This document shows, piece by piece, positions 48,894-59,141 of a stretch of 64,000 nt of DNA; positions within the stretch are counted from its first letter, which is position 1, and each line of letters begins with the position of its first letter. The stretch covers positions 23,122 through 87,121 of the forward strand of contig HF994469.1 in the NCBI GenBank assembly GCA_000434195.1. Direction: 5' to 3'. Below the pieces are notes generated by a model. That model had not been told where the DNA came from. It did no database searches and worked only from the letters and a program-made list of their open reading frames with translations. This DNA is from Clostridium sp. CAG:780 (GTDB taxonomy: Bacteria; Bacillota; Clostridia; TANB77; CAG-508). A program made the translations under genes and the position numbers.

Positions 48894-50246
48894 ATGCCTG
48901 AATATGTTTATAGAGCTATTACAAAAGAAGGTATAATAGTAAGAAACAGAGTAGAAAGCCCAAGCAAGCAAAACTTAATAAAAAGACTAAAAGGCGGAGA
49001 TTTATTACCAATAGATATAATTCAAGTTGGTTATGGTCGAAAAAAGGCTGGAAAAGTAGCCAGAAGAAACGTAACTGATATAGACCAAATAATGAAAACT
49101 GCAAACTCTGCAACAATAGTACAAGGTAGAGGGAGAAAACAGCAAACAACACTAGAAAAAATAAATCTAGCATTATCAAAACAAGAAAAAATAAAGAAAA
49201 GAGACTTGGTTGTATTTACGCAAAACTTCTACTTGCTAAAAAAAGCAGATTTCAACAATATCCATGCATTAAGTACAATTATACAAAGCACAGAAAATAT
49301 AACATTTAAAGGAATACTAGAAGATATACTAGCCGGAGTTGAAGCCGGAGAGTACATGTATACAACAATGGAATACTATGCAGACGTATTTCCATATATA
49401 TATATAAATATGATAAAAGTTGGAGAACTATCAGGTTCGCTAACACAATCATTGCAACAAGCAATAAAATATCTAGAATCAAACACAGACACAACTAGAA
49501 AGCTAAAAGGAATAATAATACCAAATGCAATACAATTAGTAGCATTACTTGCTTTATTATTTGTAGGAAGTTTATATACAGTTCCAACGATTCAAGGGGT
49601 GTATGATGCGGTAGGAACTCAAGATAAACTGCCATCAATAACAATAGCGTTCTCGAATGTCTTGCAGTGGGTAGCGGCACACTGGTATGTACCGGTTGGA
49701 ATTATAGCAATAATCGTTGGAGTAATCATTGCTTATATAAGAACACCAAAGGGAAGATATAACTTTGACTATTTTAAGTACACAATGCCAGTATTCGGAA
49801 AACTAAACTATTCATTAGATTTTTCGAGATTAATGAGAGCGATGTTGCTTAACTTGGAAAATGGAATGAGAATACAAGATGCGCTGGATGTAAGTAAAAA
49901 CGTTATAAATAATTACGTTATGAGAGCTATGGTAGAGACCTCAATAAACAACATATTAGTAGGTGCATCGTGGATAGAACCATTTGAAAAATCAGGATTA
50001 GCTTCGTCGATGACAACAGAGATGCTTAAGGTAGGAATGCAGACAGACCTTTCAGAAATGATGCATAAACTATTAGATTATATGGACATTGATATAGATA
50101 ATACAATGAAAAACATAATGGCAGTGTTGCCACAAATTGTTTATTCAATAGTAGGTATATTATTGATATTTGTTGTTCTAGTAGTATTAGTACCATGTAT
50201 TCAAGTTTATATGGGTAACTTCTTATTCTCAGCAGCGGGAGTATAA
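48894..50246 (+). CDS. pilC: Type IV pilus platform protein PilC (GspF family)
   Basis: Two GspF-type repeats with 3 TM segments; position after pilB/pilT. Confidence 0.88.
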   Translation: MPEYVYRAITKEGIIVRNRVESPSKQNLIKRLKGGDLLPIDIIQVGYGRKKAGKVARRNVTDIDQIMKTANSATIVQGRGRKQQTTLEKINLALSKQEKIKKRDLVVFTQNFYLLKKADFNNIHALSTIIQSTENITFKGILEDILAGVEAGEYMYTTMEYYADVFPYIYINMIKVGELSGSLTQSLQQAIKYLESNTDTTRKLKGIIIPNAIQLVALLALLFVGSLYTVPTIQGVYDAVGTQDKLPSITIAFSNVLQWVAAHWYVPVGIIAIIVGVIIAYIRTPKGRYNFDYFKYTMPVFGKLNYSLDFSRLMRAMLLNLENGMRIQDALDVSKNVINNYVMRAMVETSINNILVGASWIEPFEKSGLASSMTTEMLKVGMQTDLSEMMHKLLDYMDIDIDNTMKNIMAVLPQIVYSIVGILLIFVVLVVLVPCIQVYMGNFLFSAAGV

Positions 50247-50262
50247 ATAAAAATAATATAAA

Positions 50263-50296
50263 AAAGCTTTGAATCGTTAAATTCAAAGCTTTTTTG
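50263..50296 (+). terminator. Rho-independent terminator ending the pilus operon
   Basis: aaagctttgaat/attcaaagcttt perfect 12-bp stem followed by a T-run. Confidence 0.8.
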
Positions 50297-50501
50297 AGCA
50301 AATAAATTTTTTATTGAATAACATATCAAACAAAGAATCAAACCAAGCACAAGAAAGTGCAGACACAATGCTAGCCTTTTGCAAATAGCAAAAACTGACA
50401 ATCATAATGGTTGCCAGTTTTAAATTTTATATACAAAATATTGAGAAAATCAAATACATGTGATAAAATATATTAAAATTTCAAATAAGGAAAGAAATAT
50501 A

Positions 50502-51338
50502 ATGGAAAGAAAGAAAACAAGAGTATATGCATTTGTTGGACCATCAGGAACAGGAAAAAGTTATAGAGCACAAATGGTAGCAAGTGCAAATGATATTCAT
50601 CATATTATAGATGACGGAATATTAATAAACGAAAACGAAGTGCTAGCTGGAACATCAGCAAAAAAAGCACCAACCAAAATCGAAACAGTAAAGCATGCGT
50701 TGTTTATAGAAAAAAAAGAACAAGATGAAATGAAAAAAGCATTAAAGAAGTATAAGCCAGATAGTATATTAATATTAGGAACATCTGACAAAATGGTGGA
50801 AAAAATACAAGAAAATCTTGGATTACCTAAAATTGAGAAAACAATATATATAAACGAAGTTGCAACAGAAGACGAAATGGAAAAGGCACGAAATATGCGT
50901 GTAACACAAGGAAAGCATGTAATTCCAGTACCGACATTTGAAATAAAAAAAGATTTTTCTGGATATATATTAGACCCACTTCAAATATTTAGATCAAAAG
51001 GTAAAGGTGGAAATCCATACATATCAGAAAAGTCGATAATAAGACCAACATTCAGCTATTTAGGAAACTTCACAATATCGGACAGCGTATTTAGACAAAT
51101 AGCAGAACAAATTGCAAATAATATGCCATCAGTATATGAAGTAACACGAACCAGAGTTGAAAATTATGGGGACGGAATTTCAATATATATGGAAGCGATA
51201 ATAAACTATGGAAATAATATAATTGATGTAATGCAAGAATTAAAAAATAAAACCAAGAAAGAAATTGAAAAGCAGACAGCGATGAATGTGTTAAAAGTAG
51301 ACCTAGTAGCAAAAGGTATACACATGGAGGAGGAGTAA
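50502..51338 (+). CDS. P-loop NTPase domain fused to an Asp23/Gls24-like domain
   Basis: Walker A VGPSGTGKSY at the N-terminus. The C-terminal ~110 aa (FTISDSVFRQIAEQIANNMPSVYEV...ISIYMEAIINYGNNIIDVMQELKNKTKKEIEKQTAMNVLKVDLVAKGI) resembles Asp23-family proteins. AAGGAAAG RBS before ATG 50502. Confidence 0.65.
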   Translation: MERKKTRVYAFVGPSGTGKSYRAQMVASANDIHHIIDDGILINENEVLAGTSAKKAPTKIETVKHALFIEKKEQDEMKKALKKYKPDSILILGTSDKMVEKIQENLGLPKIEKTIYINEVATEDEMEKARNMRVTQGKHVIPVPTFEIKKDFSGYILDPLQIFRSKGKGGNPYISEKSIIRPTFSYLGNFTISDSVFRQIAEQIANNMPSVYEVTRTRVENYGDGISIYMEAIINYGNNIIDVMQELKNKTKKEIEKQTAMNVLKVDLVAKGIHMEEE

Positions 51339-51339
51339 A

Positions 51340-52650
51340 ATGTCTTTTATAGTAGCAATAGATGGACCAGCAGGAACAGGAAAAGGAACAATGGCGGAGT
51401 TGTTAGCAAAAAAATATAAGCTAGTAAACATAGACACAGGAGCAACTTATAGATGTGTCACATTAGAGATGCTAAATAAAAATATTAGCCTAGATGATGA
51501 AGAAAAGATTGCTGAAATGCTTAAAAACATCAAAATAGAAATGAGCAACGAGGATGGCAAGCAGAGGGTCTTATTAAATAGAGAAGACGTAACAGATAAA
51601 ATAAGAAGTAAAGAAGTATCAAGCAATGTTTCACAAGTATCTAACATTAAGCAAATAAGGACGGCAATGGCAGGACTTCAAAGAAAAATGGCTCAAGGCA
51701 AAGACGTAATAATGGAAGGAAGAGATATCTGTACAGTAATATTCCCAACAGCAGATGTAAAAATATATCTTGATGCAGATGCTAAAGAAAGAGCAAAAAG
51801 AAGATTCAAGCAAAACCAAGAAAAAGGAATAGACATGTCATATGAGGAAGTTTTAGAGAACATTAAAGCGAGAGATAAGAATGACATGGAAAAAGAAATT
51901 GGAGCGTTAAAAATTGCACCGGGAGCAACAGTAATAGATTCAACGAATATGACAATAAAACAAGCAGAAAAAGCTATTTCGAAGATTATAGATAAAAGAA
52001 AAACTGAAATAAAAAAAGAGAAAAAGATATATTGGGAAAGACCAGAAACGCCTTGGAAAAAAGGTGTGAGAACAACTATAAAAGCAATACTTCACGCATT
52101 TTATAAAATAGTATTTAGATTAGAAAAAGTAGATGAAGAAAATCTTCCTATGGACGAACCTGTTATAATATGTGCAAACCACTTAAATTACTGGGATGCA
52201 ACAGGATTAGTAGTATGTTCAAAAAGGGTGATCAGATTTATAGGAAAAGAAGATTTATTTAATCATGCTTTCTTGAATTGGATTGCACATGTATTTAATG
52301 TAATACCAATAAAAAGAGGTCAAAGAGACTTAGAGGCAATGAAGAGATGTCTAAAAGCACTAAAAAACGGAGAAGCAATAGGACTATTCCCAGAAGGTAC
52401 AAGAAAAGGCTTGGAAAAAGGAGCAAAAGTGCAAAATGGTGCAGCTTACATGGCTTTGAAAGCAAAAGTGAAAGTAGTACCAGTTGGAATACAGGGAACA
52501 TTTAAACCTTTTACAAAAGTTAAATTAGTATATGGTAAACCACTAGATTTTAGTAAATACGATGCAAAAAATCCAGAAAAGGACAACTTAGAGCTAGCAA
52601 CAAAAGAGATTATGGACAATATAATTATGTTGACAAAAAAAGGAAAATAG
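51340..52650 (+). CDS. cmk: Bifunctional cytidylate kinase / 1-acyl-sn-glycerol-3-phosphate acyltransferase-like fusion
   Basis: N-part IAIDGPAGTGKGT...DTGATYR (Cmk). C-part NHLNYWD (NHxxxxD) and FPEGTRK (LPLAT/PlsC motifs). Single 436-aa ORF. Confidence 0.85.
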   Translation: MSFIVAIDGPAGTGKGTMAELLAKKYKLVNIDTGATYRCVTLEMLNKNISLDDEEKIAEMLKNIKIEMSNEDGKQRVLLNREDVTDKIRSKEVSSNVSQVSNIKQIRTAMAGLQRKMAQGKDVIMEGRDICTVIFPTADVKIYLDADAKERAKRRFKQNQEKGIDMSYEEVLENIKARDKNDMEKEIGALKIAPGATVIDSTNMTIKQAEKAISKIIDKRKTEIKKEKKIYWERPETPWKKGVRTTIKAILHAFYKIVFRLEKVDEENLPMDEPVIICANHLNYWDATGLVVCSKRVIRFIGKEDLFNHAFLNWIAHVFNVIPIKRGQRDLEAMKRCLKALKNGEAIGLFPEGTRKGLEKGAKVQNGAAYMALKAKVKVVPVGIQGTFKPFTKVKLVYGKPLDFSKYDAKNPEKDNLELATKEIMDNIIMLTKKGK

Positions 52651-52718
52651 TTTATAATAAAGAGCGTATATAACTTAAAATATAAAGCAAATAACTAAAT
52701 TAGAAATGAAGGATTTTT

Positions 52719-53819
52719 ATGGGAAATTTTGAAGACAATTTAACTTTTGAGGATGTAATAAATCAAACTTTTAAGCAAATAAAAACAGGAACAACTGTCA
52801 CAGGAACAATAATCGAAATAAATAAACAAGGAGAAATCTTTGTAGATATAGGTTATAAAGCGGATGGAATTATTCCAAAAGCTGAGTTCTTTAGTGAAAA
52901 AGGATTATCTCCAAACGAAGAATATGCAGTTGGAGATAAGATAAAAGCAGATGTTTTAAAATTAAATGACGGACAAGGCAATGTTTTAATGTCTTGCAAA
53001 CATGCAAAAATAAGAGAAATAAGAAAAGAGTTTAAGGAAAAAGTAGAGGAAAAAAACATCTTCGAAGAAACAGTAAGCCAAGTAAATAAAAATGGACTAA
53101 TCATATTATATAAACAATTAATCAGAATATTTATACCATTATCACTTTCAAACATAGGAAGAGATGAAGATGTAAATGAATATAAGGGTAAAACAGTTAG
53201 ATTTAGAGTAATAGAAAATGACGAAAGAGCAAAGAAAATTATTGGTTCTATAAAAGATGTAGTAGAAGAAGAAAAAAGACAAAAATCAGAAGAATTTTGG
53301 AATAGCATAGAAGTTGGTAAAAAATATGTTGGAACAGTAACAAGTATTAGCGACTATGGAGCGTTTGTTGATATAGGCGGAGCACAAGGACTTCTACATA
53401 TATCAGAAATAGCTTGGGGAAGAAACCAAAATCCTAAAGACATATTACAAGTAGGACAAGAAATTGATGTTAAAGTTAAAGAACTAGACAAAGAAAATAA
53501 GAGATTTAAACTGTCATACGAGAAAAAAGGACCAAATCCTTGGAATAAAGTTGGAGAAAAATACAACATAGGAGATATAGTAAAAGTTAAGATTTCAAAA
53601 CTAATGCCTTTTGGAGCATTTGCAGAACTAGAAAAAGGAGTAGAAGGATTAGTACATATTTCACAGATCTGTGAAAGAAAAATCTCAAAACCAGAAGAAG
53701 AACTAAAAGTCGGGCAAAAAGTAAATGCAAAAATAATAAATATCGACTTAGAAAATAAAAAAATAGAACTTTCAATTAGAGAATTGGAAGGAACTTCTAA
53801 TGAATACAAAGAAAACTAA
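52719..53819 (+). CDS. Ribosomal protein S1-like protein with four S1 domains
   Basis: Repeated G..V.G.V......G.FV.....G.GL.HISE S1 motifs; downstream of cmk, as in other Firmicutes. Confidence 0.85.
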   Translation: MGNFEDNLTFEDVINQTFKQIKTGTTVTGTIIEINKQGEIFVDIGYKADGIIPKAEFFSEKGLSPNEEYAVGDKIKADVLKLNDGQGNVLMSCKHAKIREIRKEFKEKVEEKNIFEETVSQVNKNGLIILYKQLIRIFIPLSLSNIGRDEDVNEYKGKTVRFRVIENDERAKKIIGSIKDVVEEEKRQKSEEFWNSIEVGKKYVGTVTSISDYGAFVDIGGAQGLLHISEIAWGRNQNPKDILQVGQEIDVKVKELDKENKRFKLSYEKKGPNPWNKVGEKYNIGDIVKVKISKLMPFGAFAELEKGVEGLVHISQICERKISKPEEELKVGQKVNAKIINIDLENKKIELSIRELEGTSNEYKEN

Positions 53820-53837
53820 TAAGCTTAAAGCAAAACC

Positions 53838-53893
53838 AGGATGTTGGAAGATAGAAGCTGGCACACAAAAGCCGAGCATCTAACTTCCAACCT
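53838..53893 (+). other. Long GC-rich imperfect hairpin (~20 bp stem), no T-run
   Basis: aggatgttggaagatagaagctggc-acacaaaa-gccgagcatctaacttccaacct; stands out in AT-rich spacer DNA. Confidence 0.4.
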
Positions 53894-53928
53894 CACATTA
53901 TAAATAATAAAAATCGAGGGGAAAGAAA

Positions 53929-55737
53929 ATGAATAATAAGAATATAAGAAATATAGCAATAATTGCACACGTTGATCATGGAAAAACAACATTAGTAGAT
54001 GCTTTGTTAAAACAAAGCCACGTATTTAGAGAAAACGAACAAGTATCAGAAAGAATAATGGACTCTGGAGATATAGAAAAAGAAAGAGGAATAACAATCC
54101 TTTCTAAAAACACATCAGTAATGTATGATGGAGTAAAAATAAACATAGTTGATACTCCTGGACATGCAGACTTTGGAGGAGAAGTAGAGCGTGTTCTAAA
54201 AACAGTTGATGGAGTTTTACTATTAGTAGATGCTTTCGAGGGTGTCATGCCACAGACTCGTGAAGTTCTAAAAAAATCTTTAGCATTAAATCTAAAACCA
54301 ATAGTAGTAATAAATAAAATAGATAGACCAGGAGCAGATCCAGAAAAAGTATTGGATAAGGTTATAGAGCTATTTATAGAACTAAATGCAACAGATGATC
54401 AATTAGACTTCCCAGTTATATATGCATCAGCAAAAAACGGAATAGCAAAAATGAATTTATCAGATGAATCTGACAACATTACTTGCATATTCAAAACAAT
54501 AATAGAGAAAATAGATCCACCACAATGTGATATAGATGGAACAATGCAAATGTTAGTTTCTAACATCGATTATGATGATTATTTAGGAAGAATCGCAGTT
54601 GGAAGAGTTGAGCGTGGAAAGATTAAAAATGGAATGTCAGTAGCTGTTTGCAAAGACGAAAAAAATGAACAAGGAAAAATTGCAAAATTATTCACATATA
54701 TGGGATTAAAAAGAACAGAAGTAGATGAAGTTGAAGCAGGAGATATAGTTGCAGTATCTGGAATATCAAACATCAACATAGGTGATACAATTTGTGATTT
54801 GTCTAATCCAGAGAAGATACCATTTGTAAATATAGATGAGCCAACAGTTTCTATGACATTTAGTGTAAACAATGGACCATTTGCAGGAAAAGAAGGAGAG
54901 TTTGTAACTTCAAGACACATTAGAGATAGATTATTCAAAGAACTAGAAAGAAATGTAAGCTTAAGAGTAAAAGAAACAGCTTCACCAGATAGCTTCGAGG
55001 TATGTGGTAGAGGAGAATTACATTTATCTGTATTAATCGAAACAATGAGAAGAGAAGGATATGAACTACTAGTATCAAGACCAAAAGTTATATTCAAAGA
55101 AATAGATGGAGTAAAATGTGAGCCAATAGAGAACTTAGTTGTAAACGTACCAGATGAAGCAATAGGAACAGTTATAGAAAAACTAGGTAGACGTAAAGCA
55201 GAAATGAAAAATATGGAACCTGCAGAGCTAGGACATACAAAAATAGAATTTAGAATACCAGCTCGTGGATTAATTGGTTACAGAACAGAATTCTTAACAG
55301 ATACAAAAGGAACAGGAACAATGAACTCAATATTTGATTGCTATGAACCATATAAAGGAGATATACAATCAAGAACAAGAGGTGTTTTAGTAGCATTTGA
55401 ACAAGGAACATCAATAACATACGGATTATACAATGCTCAATTAAGAGGAGAACTATTTATAGGTCCTGGTGTAGAAGTATATGAAGGAATGATAGTCGGA
55501 ATCAACTCTAGAAACGAAGATATATCAATAAATGTATGTAAAGAAAAACACTTAACAAATACAAGAGCTTCAGGTTCTGATGATGCTTTAAGATTAGTTC
55601 CACCAATTCAATTATCATTAGAAAAAGCTATAGAATTCATAGCAGAAGATGAACTTGTAGAAGTAACTCCCAAAAATATTAGATTAAGAAAAATAATCTT
55701 AAATAATAAAGACAGAGAAAAAGCAGCAAGAAGATAA
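53929..55737 (+). CDS. typA: Translational GTPase TypA/BipA
   Basis: AHVDHGKTTLVD, DTPGHADFGGEV, NKIDR G-motifs; 602 aa with a BipA C-terminal domain. Confidence 0.95.
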   Translation: MNNKNIRNIAIIAHVDHGKTTLVDALLKQSHVFRENEQVSERIMDSGDIEKERGITILSKNTSVMYDGVKINIVDTPGHADFGGEVERVLKTVDGVLLLVDAFEGVMPQTREVLKKSLALNLKPIVVINKIDRPGADPEKVLDKVIELFIELNATDDQLDFPVIYASAKNGIAKMNLSDESDNITCIFKTIIEKIDPPQCDIDGTMQMLVSNIDYDDYLGRIAVGRVERGKIKNGMSVAVCKDEKNEQGKIAKLFTYMGLKRTEVDEVEAGDIVAVSGISNINIGDTICDLSNPEKIPFVNIDEPTVSMTFSVNNGPFAGKEGEFVTSRHIRDRLFKELERNVSLRVKETASPDSFEVCGRGELHLSVLIETMRREGYELLVSRPKVIFKEIDGVKCEPIENLVVNVPDEAIGTVIEKLGRRKAEMKNMEPAELGHTKIEFRIPARGLIGYRTEFLTDTKGTGTMNSIFDCYEPYKGDIQSRTRGVLVAFEQGTSITYGLYNAQLRGELFIGPGVEVYEGMIVGINSRNEDISINVCKEKHLTNTRASGSDDALRLVPPIQLSLEKAIEFIAEDELVEVTPKNIRLRKIILNNKDREKAARR

Positions 55738-55758
55738 AAAAGAGAAAAGGGGAAAAGT

Positions 55759-56280
55759 ATGAAAGATTTAAATGTTTTAATAAGTAAAGAAGAAATTAAT
55801 AAAAAATTAGATGAAATGGCTGAAATATTGGACAGAGATTATGAAGGAAAAGCAATAACAGTTCTTTCTGTATTAAATGGAGCAGTATTTTTTACAACAG
55901 ACCTAACATCAAGAATGAAAACAAAAATGCAATTTGCATTTATTAAAGTATCAAGCTATGAGGGAACAGAAAGTACAGGAAAAATAAAATTAAAAGCAGA
56001 TGTAGATGATTCTCTTATAGAAGGAAAAGATGTATTAATAGTAGAAGATATAGTAGATACAGGAAGAACAATGTCTTACTTATTAGAACATTTAAAAGCT
56101 AAGAACCCAAAAAGCTTAAAGTTATGCTCATTGATTAGTAAACCAAGTAGAAGAGAAATCAAAGTTCCAATAGATTATTTAGGATTTGAAATACCAAATA
56201 AATTTATAATAGGCTATGGTTTTGATGACGAAGAAGGTTATAGAAGAAATTTACCTTATATAGGATACAAAGAGGTCTAA
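55759..56280 (+). CDS. hpt: Hypoxanthine phosphoribosyltransferase
   Basis: PRPP motif VLIVEDIVDTGRTM; 173 aa. Confidence 0.92.
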   Translation: MKDLNVLISKEEINKKLDEMAEILDRDYEGKAITVLSVLNGAVFFTTDLTSRMKTKMQFAFIKVSSYEGTESTGKIKLKADVDDSLIEGKDVLIVEDIVDTGRTMSYLLEHLKAKNPKSLKLCSLISKPSRREIKVPIDYLGFEIPNKFIIGYGFDDEEGYRRNLPYIGYKEV

Positions 56281-56283
56281 TAA

Positions 56284-56880
56284 ATGAATAAGGACGAGTT
56301 ATCAAAAATAAAACAAAAAGCACTTGAAGACAAAATTCCAATAATAATGGATGACACTTTAGAAGTGATTTCTAAAATACTGATAGAAAAGAAACCTGAA
56401 AGAATATTGGAAATAGGAGCAGCAGTGGGCTATTCAGCAATGTGCTTTTCTGAGTATTTATCAGAGAATGGCAAAATAGATACAATAGAAAGAGATGAAC
56501 AAAGAATTGCTGAATGTAAAAAGAATCTAAAAAAGGTAGGAGTAGAAGGCAGAATCAATCTATATGAAGGAGACGCTGTTGAGATACTTCCAACTTTGAA
56601 TGAAAAATATGATATAGTCTTTATAGATGCTGCAAAAGGAAAATATCCATTTTTCTTAGAACAAGCACTTCGTATGTTAAAAGATGATGGAGTAATATTT
56701 GCAGACAATATTTTGTACAAGGGTTATGTAATGAGTGATTATAACAAACATAAACAAAGAACAGCAGTAACACATTTAAGAGAATATATAAAGGAAACCA
56801 CAGAAAATCCAGAATTACAAACTGAGATTTTAGAAGTTGGAGACGGACTAGCTATAACAAGAAGGAGAATAGAAAAATAA
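56284..56880 (+). CDS. Class I SAM-dependent O-methyltransferase (YrrM/TrmR-like)
   Basis: ILEIGAAVGYSA SAM motif, FIDAAKGKY; precedes the U32 peptidase gene, as yrrM does in Bacillus. Confidence 0.8.
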   Translation: MNKDELSKIKQKALEDKIPIIMDDTLEVISKILIEKKPERILEIGAAVGYSAMCFSEYLSENGKIDTIERDEQRIAECKKNLKKVGVEGRINLYEGDAVEILPTLNEKYDIVFIDAAKGKYPFFLEQALRMLKDDGVIFADNILYKGYVMSDYNKHKQRTAVTHLREYIKETTENPELQTEILEVGDGLAITRRRIEK

Positions 56881-56881
56881 G

Positions 56882-58117
56882 ATGAAAAAGCCAGAGTTAT
56901 TAGCACCAGCAGGCTCTTTTGAAAAAGCAAAAGTAGCTTTTATGTATGGAGCAGATGCGGTATATTGTGGAACAGCATCACTATCACTAAGAAGTAGAGC
57001 AGAAGTAGACGATGATGATTTAATAAATACAATAAAATATGCTCATAGTATAGGCAAAAAAGTATATGCAGCTATTAATATCTATGCATGGGATAGCAAT
57101 TATGAGGAAATAGAAAAACAAGTAAAAAGATTAGCGGAAGTTAAAGTAGATGGAATAATTGCATCTGATGGTGGTGTAATACAAAAAATACGTGAAGTAG
57201 CGCCAGAGATAGAAGTTCATATCAGTACACAAGCAAATGTAGTAAGTTATCATAGTGCAAAGTTTTGGTATGACAATGGAGCAAAAAGAGTAATATTAGG
57301 AAGAGAAACAAGTAAAGATCAGATAGAAGCAATAATGAAGAACAAACCAGAAGACTTAGAAGTAGAAATGTTTGTACATGGAGCTTTATGTTGGGCATAT
57401 TCTGGAAGATGCTTCTTAAGTGAATACTTATCTTGTAGAAGTGCAAACCTAGGAGATTGCTCTCAAAGTTGCAGATGGGCGTATAATATGTATTTAGAAG
57501 AAAAGAATAATCCAGGAAACTTAATGCCAGTAGAAACTGACGAAAATGGCACATACATATTATCATCAAAAGATTTATGCTTAATAAAAGAAATTCCACA
57601 AATAATAGAAATGGGCGTAGATAGCTTAAAGATAGAAGGCAGACTAAAAACAGAATACTATCTAGCAAGTGTAGTAAATGTGTATAGAAATGCAATAGAT
57701 GATTATATTAAAGATACAGAAAATTATGATTATACTAAATACTTAAAAGAACTAGAAAAAATAAAAACAAGAGGACTTACAACATTCTATTTTAATGATA
57801 GAAATAATAAGGACTTCCAAGAGTATGAAGGAAAGCAATATAATCCCAACTTTGAATTTGGTGGAAAAATAATAGAAGACAAGCCAGCTGGAGAAATATC
57901 AACAATAGAAATCAAAAATAAATTAAAAGTTGGTGATGTACTAGAGCTAATAATACCAAATAAAATAGAAGCGGAAGACTTTGAAATAAAAGAACTATTT
58001 GACAGTGAAACAGGAGAAAAAATAGAAACAGTAAATCCTGGAAAACTTGGACAAACAGTAAAACTAACAATACCATATGAAGTAAAACAAGGATGGATAT
58101 TAAGAAGAAAAAAATAA
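56882..58117 (+). CDS. Peptidase U32 family protein (YrrN/YrrO-type)
   Basis: MKKPELLAPAG, SLKIEGR, Cys-rich CSQSCRW segment typical of U32. Confidence 0.88.
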   Translation: MKKPELLAPAGSFEKAKVAFMYGADAVYCGTASLSLRSRAEVDDDDLINTIKYAHSIGKKVYAAINIYAWDSNYEEIEKQVKRLAEVKVDGIIASDGGVIQKIREVAPEIEVHISTQANVVSYHSAKFWYDNGAKRVILGRETSKDQIEAIMKNKPEDLEVEMFVHGALCWAYSGRCFLSEYLSCRSANLGDCSQSCRWAYNMYLEEKNNPGNLMPVETDENGTYILSSKDLCLIKEIPQIIEMGVDSLKIEGRLKTEYYLASVVNVYRNAIDDYIKDTENYDYTKYLKELEKIKTRGLTTFYFNDRNNKDFQEYEGKQYNPNFEFGGKIIEDKPAGEISTIEIKNKLKVGDVLELIIPNKIEAEDFEIKELFDSETGEKIETVNPGKLGQTVKLTIPYEVKQGWILRRKK

Positions 58118-58122
58118 ACTAG

Positions 58123-58150
58123 GAGCGAGCACAGGCTCGCTCTTTGTTTG
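58123..58150. terminator. Bidirectional terminator between convergent genes
   Basis: gagcgagc-acag-gctcgctc followed by TTTGTTT. Confidence 0.75.
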
Positions 58151-58189
58151 TGTAGAGTACAATAGGTTCCATAACTTTTAAGATGAAAA

Positions 58190-59005
58190 TTATTGCACTT
58201 TTTCATATTTGGCCAACTTATAAGAAAGAACCAAAGAAACAATCATAATTATAATTGAAATTAATCCAGTTAAATCAAAGGAAAATCCAGGATAAAGCAC
58301 GAAAATAGAACCAAGAGTAAATCCTATTATTGCTAAGAAAGTAGACTGATGATATTTCTTTAATAAAATATTAATAATTTTAAGCCAAACAATGCTACCT
58401 AGTAAAACACCGATTGCCAAAGGAATAAGGAATCTTAAATTAACACTTGCAATAGCAGAAATGTATTCAGAATAAACTCCAAGACACATCAGAATTATAG
58501 TATTACTAACGCCGGGCACAACAATTCCAATAGACATTATAAATCCTGCAAATACTAAATAAAAAGGATTATAAATAAAATCTAAAACAATATTAGTAAA
58601 ATCAAAATGATTTTCAAATACAATTAATAAAACTCCTATACTAAAAGATACAATAAGAGGAAAAAGACTTTTTAATCGAATACACTTACCAAAATTAGCT
58701 TGTTTAAATAAGGCAGGGACAGTACCAAGAATCAAACCAATAAATGCATAACAAGCCTGAAACTTAAAAGTATTAAAAAAATATTTTATTACATTTCCAA
58801 AAAGAACAATTCCAAAGAAAGCACTAAGTCCAATTGGAAATAAAAAAGCAAAATTCTTTTTAAAATCTTTAAACAAGTTTAAAACAGAATCTACCAGTTT
58901 TTCATAAATTCCAAAAATAACACAAAAAACTCCACTGCTAACGCCAGGTAGAATTGCGCCAAAACCTATTAAAATACCAATAACAAAATTAAATATACCA
59001 CTCAT
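58190..59005 (-). CDS. DUF368-family polytopic membrane protein (family implicated in undecaprenyl-phosphate recycling)
   Basis: Duplicated ILPGVSSG / VVPGVSNT motifs; about 8 TM segments. Confidence 0.85.
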   Translation of the reverse strand: MSGIFNFVIGILIGFGAILPGVSSGVFCVIFGIYEKLVDSVLNLFKDFKKNFAFLFPIGLSAFFGIVLFGNVIKYFFNTFKFQACYAFIGLILGTVPALFKQANFGKCIRLKSLFPLIVSFSIGVLLIVFENHFDFTNIVLDFIYNPFYLVFAGFIMSIGIVVPGVSNTIILMCLGVYSEYISAIASVNLRFLIPLAIGVLLGSIVWLKIINILLKKYHQSTFLAIIGFTLGSIFVLYPGFSFDLTGLISIIIMIVSLVLSYKLAKYEKVQ

Positions 59006-59141
59006 ATAAACCTCTAACGCTTTATAAATAAGTATGGCAAAATAATAAAAATATGAATAAAAATAAATTTTAGAGGTCAGGCACTTTCGTAAAAACTATA
59101 ACATATATTATGGTATAGCAAGAAATGGAGGTGCTTGCACA

